Shown: in pieces, positions 38,728 through 51,613 of the stretch
How positions within the stretch are numbered: position 1 is the first letter of the stretch
How the letters are laid out: every line of letters begins with the position of its first letter
Assembly (NCBI GenBank): GCA_003971905.1
Contig: RSEE01000014.1
Span: 682,001-746,000, forward strand
Reading direction: 5' to 3'
DNA length: 64,000 nt
DNA from: Moniliella sp. 'wahieum'
Lineage: Eukaryota
Position numbers and translations under genes: made by a program
The notes under the pieces: generated by a model
The model's input: only the letters and a program-made list of their open reading frames with translations
What the model was told of the DNA's origin: nothing
Database searches by the model: none

Positions 38728-40232
38728 AAGGTGAGGGTGGAGTGGGAATCGCGCCCAAGGCGGCGGCAGTGGAGGGCTTAAGCTTAAGAGGGCTCGAGGT
38801 GGAGACCGAAAGTGCAGAGAGTGCTTTGTGTCACATGTCACATGATGCATCGGCGGCCAGTGCCCGTCGGCTTCAATCGCGCTCGGATGTGAACAGGTGG
38901 GCATCCAGGGGCATACATGGCGGTTATGAGACTCGCGTTGTAAGCCTCTCGATCTCAGATCTCAAATCTCAAATGTGTGCATGTGATCGGTGATCACTGA
39001 TCGAGGGTCGATCTCTGACAGCGTTGCAGGTGGATGTAACAGTCGGGGCTAAACGAGGGAGACCAAGGTCCTGTCAGAGGCGGGGGGAAAGGCAAGATCG
39101 TTCGTGGGAGGAAACAGAAGGCATCAGGCAGAGAACAGAAGCAAAAGGGAAGGGAAGAGCGAGAGACACAGGATGCGGAATTGGAAATTGGAGCGAGCTT
39201 AGTCATTCGGTGACAGTGAAGGACGCAACCAATTGAGGCAGGAAGAAGTTGTGCGTCTCACCGGGTCACCTGGGCATGGAACATGGTGGATTGACCTTCA
39301 CTTCGAGCTCCACCTACCAACCGTCCGCGTCATCGACGTTCAACGTTCAACGTCCACGTCCAACATGTGTTGTCAACGTTCACAATGAACTGAACTGGAG
39401 GGGCTGAAGCTGCTGAAGGTGAAGCGCTGCAGCGGGCGTACGCGTAAGATCTAACAGCGTAAGCACTGAGGCTGCCGGCTTACCGCCTAAACGTTTAAAC
39501 CCCAGCCCACTACCAAATCTGAATCTGACGTCACTTTAGCCCAGCGAGTGGGCACTGGCGAGCACTGCGTTTGGCAGCGACGGATACGTGTTCAATGTTG
39601 GTGGGACTCGGGTGTACACCACTTGCTCGCCAGGCCAAAGTGGCTCGAGCGGGATGCAAACCAAATTTGCGGACTGCCTGATGATATCACACAGGCTCTG
39701 CTCCACACCCACCCACAAGCGCGAGCACCAGGCCCAGCAGGCAGCCGCTACCCAGCACAGTAACCGCACGCACCAGCCCCGTCTTCTTCGCCCCCAGTCG
39801 GGAGGTGATCGGCGTCGGTCGCATCAGCATCAGCCCTTCTCTCGATGTCGGCGCCCTTCTCAGCTCAGGCTGAGCGTAGCCGCAGCGCCCGAACGTACCC
39901 AACCCATCACAGTGCCCCTAAGGGCTGTTTCTGCGTTGTTCATGTTGATTGATGATGTCGATGATGGGGCGAGCGCCCCAAGTGGGTACAGCCGCGCTCT
40001 CTCAGCCCTGGACCTGAGCCCGAAGAGGTCTCTCTCAGCACACTCACATAGCTCACTCAATAGTCACTGGATCCGCAATACTGTGGCCGAACATCCCCGT
40101 CTCCAAAATCAAACCGTAAACGGCAAGCCTGGGACCAGCTTGCTGTTGCGTCCGTGCGCCTCGCAGCTCTCAGCAGTTCTCAGCACCTCTCAGCTTCGGT
40201 CGGTGCTCATCGACATCTCCCACCTCCTTGTC

Positions 40233-40240
40233 TATTTAAA
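40233..40240 (+). promoter_or_regulatory. Candidate TATA box of GAPDH
   Basis: TATTTAAA about 100 nt upstream of the ATG, followed by a CT-rich leader. Confidence 0.5.
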
Positions 40241-40337
40241 CCAGCCTCCTTGCTGCCCATCTCGGTGTTTCTACCAGAGCCTCGTCTCCTAACAACTCTA
40301 CCCCACCTTCTTCTCCACCCTTTCCTCACTCCTCACA

Positions 40338-41410
<1,073 letters not shown>

Positions 41411-42634
41411 GTGGTCAGATCACCATTGTCTTGCCCGGTATGCCGGGCCTGCACGACAACTTCATTGAGCTGTACGAAAGCTTGATTTTCTTTGCATCCT
41501 TTACACATGATCATAATCTGTTAGTAGAACCCTTTGCTGGAATGGCGCCTCGAGAAGCCTCTTCGATGGCTGGAGCATTGTAAGTGCGGCAAGAGCCTTT
41601 CTTCCCCTTGGCCATGGGGACGCAACGATACTATACCACCAGACAGCTAGCAAGACGTTTAGGCACAGGAGAGAATTACCTACTAATGAGCGTCTCAATG
41701 GAAATGTCAACCACACTAAACATTCGTATCCACACGCGTTACTTTATTGGGTCTGGAAACGGATGGCGGGCGCCAGAGGGCCCGACCTGCTGGCAACTCC
41801 ACTGGTCTCCTATAATTGGGGTTGGCACTAACTGTCAACACCGCACGCTGAATGTGCAGATTTGTTATAGGCGCGCAACGTTTCTTTGTCGCAGCCTTTA
41901 GTTCTGAAAATGATATGAGTGTAACAGTAGCATCTGATTCTGAAGATGCAGTGTATACCTGTTGGCCCCGTCTTCTTCGGATGCACACAATGTCCACAAT
42001 GATCCATTACTGTCTTCAGCTGCTCCCTCAGGTTTGATTGAGCACTGAGCGCATTACGATCAGAACCCATCCGTTGGTAAATTACTTCTCACTGTCCTCA
42101 CCCTCCGTTTCACTGCTTCTCACAGACTATTGGCGGAAACGAGATGTGGACATTTGCAGGCTTTAAGAGCTATAATTTCTGCAAAAGAGCTTGGTGTTGA
42201 GGATTCAGACTGCAGCTCCACCGATATACTCCCTGCCTTTTTAGCTTCAGCGAACATTTGTGCCATCCCATTTTTCCGTCTGCTCTCTTTCCTCCCCCCA
42301 CCCATCTGTCCGACCTCCCTCATTCAATTGCTCGCCTCATTGGCTTCTTTCCTCAGTTTAATCAGTTCCCGTGTTTAGTATGTACATGTCAAAGACGTCC
42401 TACCATGCTCCCATTTTTGGGCGCATCCCGAACGTTAACCCCCTCTTCAAGCTTGAAATTTGCTTTCCAACGTCAAAATGCACCTAGGACCCAGGACCCA
42501 TGTTCCTCCAACATTCTTGTGGAAGCATGATGAGCGCTCAGCTGAGCAGTGAGGAGCTACATGAGAGAAAAGTGGGATGGCGAAACAGTGGTCCCATAAA
42601 GATTGGGCATGAGCGAATCCATTTTGTGCAGAAC

Positions 42635-43229
42635 TCAAGAAATGGGCTTGGTAAGCTTGACGTGGCCGGCCTCGCCGTTTTCGTGAGTAGAATCAAAGTA
42701 TTCCCATTGGCCCGGAGGTGGGACAACGTCGAGGGGCTCATGCCTTGCGCAAACATCAGTGCCAATTCGACCACAAGCACGAGGGGAAATATCACATACG
42801 CCTGCCACTCAATCATCTTGGCGGCCAATACAAGCTCCTTGTTGGCCTGCTTCAGCACTTGCTCTACCAAGCCGGCACCGAGTTGGGTCTCGAATGCCTT
42901 GATCGCTTCTTCCGTCTCCTCGGGGTGATTTGACCCCCGGCACCCTTGATCGGGAGATTGAGCGCGTTGGCGACCAGCTGTGCACGATGTTCTGTGATGG
43001 CGGCAACCGACTGACGGTAGACCGAGGTCACAGGCAGCTTGGTAAGCAGACGGCTGGTCTCGGCATACACCTGCGCCAGCTGCTCCAGCGGCGCCGACTG
43101 GACAGCGAGGCCAGTAATGTCGGTGCTGAGGCGCAAACGACCAGGAGGCGGTTGAGGAATGGTCGGGAAGTTCTGCACGAAACTCCGCGGGGAGGAGCGG
43201 GCGAAGCGCGCAACCGCTGTCCTGAACAT
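42635..43229 (-). CDS. NDUFA5: Complex I accessory subunit NDUFA5
   Basis: STDITGLAV..L..VY..LP..SVYRQSV..ITEHR and GLVEQVLKQA..EL.LA.KM.EW. After intron ~42744-42799 reads HEPLDVVPPPGQWEYF. Confidence 0.88.
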
Positions 43230-44237
43230 GGCGTCGGCGGCGAGTCGATGGCAGTGGCCGCTGCGGCCAGTGCGGTCAACAAGGCGATCGACCAGGCAAA
43301 TGAGGACGCGGAATTAATAATGCGGAACACAAGCGCTGTGCGGCCGCGGCCGCGAGAGGTGGGGGCGGAAAGGGGGCGGAACCCAACAATCATTGGCTGG
43401 GGATGGACCGCAGCGGCCGCACCGCCAACCTGTTGACGCGCCGATGCTGTCGTATCCACCCACTGCTCTTGCCCCTGTTGCCGTCGCCATCCGCGCCCCC
43501 GCCGGCGCACGCATACATCCCACCCAACCCCACCCCGTCACCCTCCTTTCCGCTGCCGGCATGATCCTTCCGCCCCTCGCCTCGTAGTCCGTATCAGGTG
43601 GCATGTGCGCCTTCGACCCTCGCTACGCCCAGCTTGCCTCTCAATTGCATCTCATTGCGGCCATGCAGCCAGCGCGTTCAGCTTGGTCGACCTGGTAGAC
43701 TGAGCTGTTCTTTCCTTCAACGACCTTAGCCACGCCATGACGCGGTACCGAACATGAGCACCGAGTTCTTTGTTTCCCTTTTGGCACTGACGCACAGATG
43801 TCCCCGTATAATCCCCGCGGTGATCGAGCAATGATCATCAGCTGCGCTCCTTTTCTCTGGTCTTTTTCAACCTTGCTTGCCTGTGTCGAAAATGCTACTA
43901 CGGATCCATATACAGATGTAGAGGAAGCCTCATGGGGGGGTGACGTTGAGAGGATTGGGAGGATTGGGCAGAACAAACTAAGACGATTGAGATTGGAAAA
44001 GGTGTTCGTGAAATGGTTATAACATGAGCATGCATGTAGTGCAAAAGGGTAGAGTGGTAAGGTACATGGGACGCGATCGTGGCTGGCAGCCTTTCTGACT
44101 TGGAAGGGGAAACGACATGAGACCCTAGGTGTTGGAGCGTGCAGACGTTTCAGAGAAGAGTGGCGTAGTATGCAAGCCTGCGACATGAGGAACCAAAGGG
44201 GGGGGGAGATGAAAGACAAAAGTAAATAATGAGAAGG

Positions 44238-45920
44238 TTACCGCCGGCCTCGTCCACGGAAGCGCGGTCGGAAGACAGGACCTCGAACCTTGGTGTCGGT
44301 GGGCAGAGGCGGCTCAGGGCGTAGCTCTTGGAAAAGGATGAGCAAGTTGGCATCCGGATCATGAATTCGGATCTCGCGGGTGCCAAAGGGTGTGTTTTGC
44401 GGGCGGCCGAGAAGTTGGGCCTGCCCAAAGGGAAGCATGGGGAAGTAACTGTGTTCGACTGGATCCGTCTTTCTGCATTTCGCATAGATCTCATCAAAGA
44501 TCTCGTCAACGTTTCCACTTCGATCCACAGCGCCATCGGGACGGGTCGGGGGGCATCCGAGGGCGTCGCGCCAGGAGCAACACCATAGGAGCCAAAGAGG
44601 TACGGAGCAAGATCTGAACCCCCTCCTCGCCACCGCGGAGGATGGAGCGACCATTCGGGGTACGACAGATCATCGCCATGTGCTTCTCTGGTTTGGCGAC
44701 ATTGACAAACCCAAGGATTTCGCGGTAGAAGGGGAGGGCGAGCCCAATGTCGGCCACAAACAGACAAGGAATCGAAACGAAGCATCTTGCCTTGGCGGGC
44801 TTGAGACTGGGTCGTCGGTCGCCCGAGTCGGACTCGACTTCGTCGTTGATCAAGCCAAAGGAGCGCCATTGATCACGTCTACGAACCTCGTCCTGGATCG
44901 TTTTCAGCTCCTCCAGTGTAGGGATTGGGCGCGGGATACCGCGCCGGCCAGTTGACAGGGGCAACTTGTTGGCGTCCGATACAGTGCGCTTTTTTGCCTT
45001 GCCAATCGAAGCGAACGGTCCGCCTGCTCCTCCGCCGACAGGGTCAGATACTTGCCCGAATTCCGACCCTGGGAAATCGATTGTCGCTTTGCCCCGCCAT
45101 ACTTGGCGCGCACTGCCGCTGCTTGGCTCCCCGATCCAGCCGCCAGGGCCTGTAGCACCTCGACCGATGGGCCGGACAGAGGGCCATCAGAGGGGATCAC
45201 CTCCTCCCGCCCATCCTTAGTCGGGATTAGGTCAGGCTCAGAGAGCGCCGGCGTTGCATCAACTGTGCCAATGGAAGTCAACAGGGGGCTCGGAGGAACG
45301 GCACTGGTGCTCGCTTGGGCAGCAGCTCTTGTAGCAGCCGCCGAGGAAAGGGGGTAGGAGCCGAGGCGGCTAAGGCTGGGATAGTGCCCCGGCCACAGGA
45401 GGTGAACGCAACAAGTATGGAGATAGACCAATACGGCCCATAGCAGGGTCGAGTCTTGGGCTGAGTCCAGTGCGGCCGAGAGCAATGGGGATTCCAGAGG
45501 CTTGCGCGGCTGAAACGGCGGGAAGGCCAGATTAGGCATGTGCGTCAGTGCCGCCGGGTCCAGCGGAGGGAGGCGGTCCAAGTCATCCATCTCCACGTCG
45601 GTGGATGGGTCTTCGGCATCACTGGTGTTGGGGATGGACGAGCGGGCACACCGACCACAGTTGGAGCAGCGGAGGGAGGACGCCGGGGCGACGCTGGACG
45701 AGGACGCAGCGGGGGGTGGGGGCGGTAGAGGCAGAAGGTTTGTTCGAGCAAGGAGGACAAGGGCGCCGGCAGGTGTCATGGGCCCCGGCTATCGGTGGGG
45801 GGAGGGGGCGGATGCGAGGAGGGAGCCATGGCTGCTGGCGGTGGTTTCGCTGGCTTGGGCAAGACTCTGCTGACTGAAGGTGGGGGAGGCGGCTGACTGG
45901 GACTCGTCGAAGTGGGCCAT
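44238..45920 (-). CDS. Protein with C-terminal VOC (glyoxalase/bleomycin-resistance) domain and long N-terminal extension
   Basis: IPCLFVADIGLALPFYREILGF and VDEIFDEI...PQNTPFGTREIRIHDPDANLLILFQ are VOC motifs. Upstream part contains CSNCGRC. Start approximate; frameshifts. Confidence 0.7.
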
Positions 45921-47405
45921 GGAAGCGGGAGGGGGGGGGACTAGAGGGGACAGGGATAGGAAAGGAGGGGAGGGAGGCGTGTGGGGGATAGACGCGCGAG
46001 AGAAGTGACTGGTGGGGGAGGAATAGAGGGGAGGGGCGGGGAGATGTGGGGGGCGGAGAGAGATGGGCTGACATTGGCATTTACACGGGCGAGTACTTCG
46101 GTACTAAGTGCTGAGGTACTCACCCATCTTTGGAGGTTATATGCGGTACCTGGCAGTGCCCCAGCACTACTGAGCACGTCGTACTTAAACAGTGCTTGCC
46201 GGCCACCGGCCAGGCACCTCAACGCAGCACACGCCACACTGCGGGATGCGTCGGCTGCGGCCAGCTGCTGCCGTGCCCAGCGGTGTTTGCGCCGCTCGAC
46301 GCAGCCACATCGCCCCCGTGCAGCTGGCACGCCCGGAGATAATGCTAAGGACGCGTACTGAACTGCCGCCCTGCCTGTACCCACGTGCGCACCGCCAAAT
46401 GAGACTGCGCCCAAGTGCTGAGCTAGTGCGGTTACCGGTGACATTGACCGGTGAGCGGGCACACAACATGTACGTACGCAATGCTGACGCGTACACACCC
46501 CCGCCGCCAGTGCTATCGTCATGAGCTTGACTGTCAAGCTTCAGAAGAAAGTTGATCTGACTCAGCCCAGACTCACTCTCGATTGCCCCTTGTCCTCCAC
46601 CAATATCATCGACATCCCGGCAACGCCGGCGATGAGAGAAGCAGAGCAGAGCAAGCATGACGGGCACTCAAGTGCACATCCTTCGTATATCCGCTCGTCT
46701 CCACCGCCCACCGCCCGCCCACCGCCCCCGCCCGCTGCCAATCGAACGTTTCCCAACACCCCATAGCGCCAAGACGATAGAATGTCCGCAGGATTCAAGC
46801 CATCCGAGGCAATATTCCCCCACAATCGTGACTACGTTTTTGTGCGCGAGCCACATGGCACCAACGGCTACACTGGATATTTCCACGCAAGCTGTAAGCG
46901 GCCCAAACATTTTCTCCCTTCCGCACTCCACATTCTTCAGGATCATCGATTCGATCAGGCAGCAGCTACGAGTGCAAGCCCCATTGTGCGAATTCGGATT
47001 GATGCCATCTGACGAATCTGATGGGGCAGTGACTACCATTAAAACAGAGGCTGCAATGAACTAGTTAATAGGCAGCGCGCATCCCATACCCGATGAACCT
47101 CGCAACTGTGGCACTCACACCTATACCGCCGCACTGTCCACAATGGGGGAGCGTACAAGGCGCAGAACAGAACGATTGTGAAATGGAGATCAGGAAATGG
47201 GGTAGGCAGTAGGAGGGTTGACCTCGATATTTTTTTCGTCAGACAGGCATACGATGCCCTCCGTTCAAAAGCGTTCAAACCGCAAGGAGCCATAGATGTA
47301 CGACGTGCCAAAAACGTTGGCACATGACCAAACCATCAGCTGCAGCGGGGCGCATGCCCCACCGGGAGATCAGAGTCCCCAAGAAGAGCCGGCGGTTGAA
47401 ACCGC

Positions 47406-48524
47406 TTAGGGAGCATGAAGGAACTCGAGGAACTTGGGGTTGAGCGCCAACTTGGCCGGCTTGGCAGCCGGCTTGTAGGTTCCAGCGGCCTTGGCAGCGC
47501 GAATCTCAGCCTCAATCTACGCTGCACCTTAGCGTAGGGGTTGAGGCGGTCCATGACGAACTTGTTGCGCAGCGGGTTCTTTTCTGGGTAAAGGGACGCT
47601 TGGTCGCCTTGGGGCCAGCGGGACGGAGCACAGCCTGGATCTCCTCCGACGCGAGCAAGCGCGACACATCCGTGTTGGTGATCTTGGCGCGGGGAAGAAC
47701 GAAGCCCTTCTTCTGCGCCGAGGCAGCATCGTACGTGCCAAAGATGGAGTCGAGTTGCTTGAAGGCAGCCTCGGTCCAGATCACAAAGCGGCCAAGGTGG
47801 CCACCGGGCGCGAGCTGGAGGAGGTTAAGGCGGTGAACCGACACGAGCTCCACACCGGGCAGGTTGCGGAAGGCGCGGTAAATGCCCTTGTCCTCGTTGT
47901 ACACAACGAGGGGGCCGCGGCGCTGCACGTGACGACGGTTGCGCAGCTTGCCCTGGCCAGCGCGGATCTTGCGCGAGTTGGACACCTTGAGCACATCGTC
48001 GTAGGCGTTGAGCGCCTTGAGGAGGGCAACCGCCTCCTTGGTCTTCGAGTAGGACTCGACCTCGGGGGGACAACGAGGGGGACCTCGGCAACCTGCTCAA
48101 CGCGGTGGCCGCGGGCGAGAACGAGGGACGGGACGCGGTCGCAGCCAGAGCCGAAGCAGTCGCAACACGCTTCTGGTTCTGGTTGGTCTTCACCCACCAG
48201 CGGCGCCACACCTTGGTAGGCGCAAACATGTGACCACCACGGGCCATGTTACCAAACGCGGCCTGGCCAGCACGGTGCGTGCCCGAGCCACCCACACGGG
48301 GAATCCGGGCCAGAGCACGACCCGTACCCCACGACTCGGCCGAAGTCTGGTGCCCAGCCTTGGTGGAAACAGCGTAAGGCTGGCGCTTGTTCTTGGCCAC
48401 CTGGGTGTAAGTAATCTGCACGACGTCCGAGCGAATCGGAGCGGTGAGGACAGGGCAGAGGCAGGCTCGCACCGCTGGCGCTGCCGTCGGCAGCGCGCAC
48501 ACTGACAGTCGCACGCGAGGCCAT
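47406..48524 (-). CDS. RPL4: 60S ribosomal protein L4 (uL4)
   Basis: [41 protein letters not shown] and [19 protein letters not shown]. 5'UTR intron ~48539-48608. Confidence 0.98.
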
Positions 48525-49997
48525 TCCTTCGAGTCTTTCTGGGGATGATGGGGAAGCGGAAGGTAAGTACCACTGATTAGGGCAACCACGCGTGCCACGA
48601 GTTACTCACCGAGTACCGACGGTGCTGGGTAGGAAGCCCAAGGCAATGGGTAGGCCAAAGGAGAACCAGGAGTGATGCCACACACTGGCGCCGTGCAGGA
48701 CCAGCGTATGCGGACAACAACAGACTGGCCGCCTGAGGGCGGGTGTTTATTGCGCCTTACAACCCTATCATGATTTGGGTCACGTGATCGGGGAGTGCGT
48801 TGTGCCAGTATGTGCTGCCTAATTTAATTTCACGCACATCAATGACCGCGTTCACCCTCAGCAACACAGCAACACGTCAAATCGGCCAAGCGCACGAAAA
48901 GAGCAACTACAATAGCGGATGCACTGGGCACTAGCTTGACGTATGGTGGTTATCAACATCATCAGCCTTGCTACTTCAGAATGCTCGCAGAGGCCTCCAG
49001 CTCTTAAGCGTCATTTCTGTCTTGGTGTGGTGTGTGATATAACCTTGTTTTCATTTTGGAAATATGCTCCACTTTAAGTATTTCCGGTACGCTCCACAGC
49101 AGTAGTAGCATATTGCAATGACTCCGCATACGAGAGGAAACAACGTATACATCAGATTCTGCCTGGCTGTGTCCTCGGATGAGGTGGCAAAAGACAATAT
49201 GGGGGCAGGGTGCACTGCGATTGACCATGCAGCTTCAATGCGCTGCGTATTGTGAGACAACTGTGGTATCTGAAGTTGTCTTCACATGTCAAGGATGGCA
49301 TATGCTGGTGGTCGAAGAGCTGTTCTATTTCTGGGAGGAGATGTACTGGCCTAACTTCAATAAACTACAACCTTCGACCTCCCTGACAAATGGGAGCAGC
49401 AGCAGCTATTCACCGGCAGCACTTAGCACTAGTGTACTGTGTTGTATATTGGTACCATTTACAGAAAGAGCTTAAAGCAAGTGGGAAAAAGAAACGCTGC
49501 ACTTGTAAATTCAGGCTCGCTTATCCACCGAAGTGTGCTGCTCGCTCGTGTTGACAGCTAGCAAGTAGGAGACCAGCAGAGCTGTCAGAAGGTTGGAGGG
49601 CCCCTCTCTGTGGTTCCCGATATCCGTTTCCGAAGCGAATGTGGAGTGTGAGTGGATACAAATGAGCGCAGCGACACATGTGACGGAATGGATCATTTCG
49701 ATCCATTTTGAGACTGCTTTCCTCAGAGCAACTATAGTAGTAAGGAGTCTTTGGTGCTGTCAATATCTTTTGTTAACCGTCTCGTGGTGGTATAGTCCCC
49801 CCGCACGCCAGCATGACCAAGAAGGAAGGGTGGCTCTTGAGTGCGTCCGTTGGTGCTTGGCGTTCTCCAAGAGCCCATGCAGCTGCTTCTCCTGGCGCTG
49901 GTTGTATATACCATGTTGCAAGAGTAATCGTCATAGCCCAGCACATGAAGCACACGATAAGCGTGCTGCACTATGTGTTGCATGGTCAAGCAAGCCA

Positions 49998-50259
49998 TTA
50001 AGCTTGAAGCTTGAAGCTTGAAGATGCATGTTGCTCGAGCAAAAAGTAGACTCTACTGGTCGTCCTTCGTTGGTGCTGGGTACTTGCGACTGATGTGTCT
50101 TCCATAGGCCAGTGGTGGGGCGAGCAGAGCTGCGACCACGCAGACAGGGTCTTACAAGTGTCGTTGCCGTATCGCCAGCGCAGCCAGGCCCAGCACTGGC
50201 CCAGCCCCCTTGTCCAGCACTGACCTTGACATGCGTGACATGTGACATGTGACATGTCA
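49998..50259. repeat. TTA-(AGCT-TGA)3 and (TGA-CATG)3-TCA arrays
   Basis: Read directly at 49998-50021 and 50236-50259. Confidence 0.9.
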
Positions 50260-50727
50260 AGGTGCTTGCGATGCCTGAAGAGCGGCGAGGTGCCTTCGGA
50301 CAACATGCAGCTGCCCATGCGTCAATTCACGGTGGCGGCGCAAGATATGGGATTCCCCAACAGGGGTGGCGCCTGCGGGTAGCCGAAGCAGGCGCGTGGC
50401 CAGTGTGTTGCGCTGGTGCCCTGCCGTGCCCCCTTTGGGCCTGGGGTTGGCGTGACGCGTGATGCGGCCGCGTGACCGGTGACCCCACCGAGACTGCATG
50501 CCAGATGCGCCGCATCTCCGCGGCTCGCATGGCAAGCGAAGGCTGCGGAGGGGGGGCAGCAGCGCCGCATCCCCTGCGCCGCACCCGCCTGCTCTCTCTG
50601 CCTCCCCCAGCAGCCCCGCTCGGCCAGCGACCATCGACCATCGCCTGCCCAGCGCCGAGTGCTGCGACTTCCTTCCGCCGACCTATACCCCCCCGTGTCT
50701 GGTGTCGGCCATCCCATAGCCTCTCGC

Positions 50728-51613
50728 ATGAGCCTGCCGTCTCCTCCGCCAGCGCTCCCGCGCTCCCCCGCCCCGCACGCACTCGCGCCAGGTGTTGCTT
50801 GGAGCCGTTCCCGCTCTCTTTGTTGCCCTGGCTGCTTTCTTGGCTGCTCTCACATCCTCGCCATCCCACGTCCATGCCGCCCCACCCGTCGGCACCGGCA
50901 TTGGTGAGGCCAACAATGTCACTTCCCTCGCCGGCACGTGGAGCAGCGGCTCAGGCCATGTCCTGACTGGACTTGGCTTCTTTAATCCAGCCAACTACTC
51001 CTTTACCTATCCCAGACGGCCGGCATCAGCTACAGCTTCACCGACGATGGCTTCTTGAGGAGGCGCAGTACCAGTACAACACCAACGGAAGCGACCCTCT
51101 GTGTGTGTCTGCCTACCTCATTTGGCAGCACGGCATTACCAAGTCAACGACACCAACTGGATCATCCTCACCCCCTTCCGTGCCGATGGCGCCATGCTCC
51201 AGGCTTCTCGCTGCGCTGGCAAGACGGAGCAAGTCCAGTGGTACGGTCAACAGGAGAACCTGAAAGGCTTCCAGATTGGTATCGATACCCACTATGACCA
51301 AGCAGCCTATTACCTTCAACTGTACAATTTTGACGGCTCTCTCAAACCACTCATGTGGCAGCGTTTCAACCCACCTCAAATGCTGCCTACACAGCCACTT
51401 AGGCGATCTGTTCGTCATTCCCTTCCGCCTTGCTGCGCTGGTGTCCTACTATCCTTCCCGATACTGACTCTACCTTTCTTTTGCTCCACAGCCCGAATCA
51501 TCCAACAGCCAGGATGTGCTTTAGGTCGCTGTTGCATACTAGTTCGGTTTTACTCCCTGCACTTTGGCGTCAAAGATGTGAATTACCCCGGTCCACCGTC
51601 TGGCTATCATTAA
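50728..51613 (+). CDS. ROT1: ER chaperone Rot1
   Basis: Signal peptide, then SLAGTWSSGSGHVLTG.GFFNP, GISYSFTDDG, EEAQY, IWQHG, ILTPFRADG and LQLYNFDGS..PPQMLPT. 3' end uncertain. Confidence 0.85.

Noticed and set aside
38569..38904. ORFs with VTRHAS / HVTCHMS repeats (also 57513-57822)
   Set aside because: These are translations of the non-coding heptamer arrays, not proteins.
46657..47064. 135-aa plus-strand ORF between the VOC gene and RPL4
   Set aside because: No recognisable domain or coding-like composition.
49004..49990. Short ORFs in the AT-richer RPL4-ROT1 spacer (e.g. ...EEMYWPNF) as a retroelement relic
   Set aside because: Resemblance is too weak; no RT, RNase H or integrase motifs and no LTRs.
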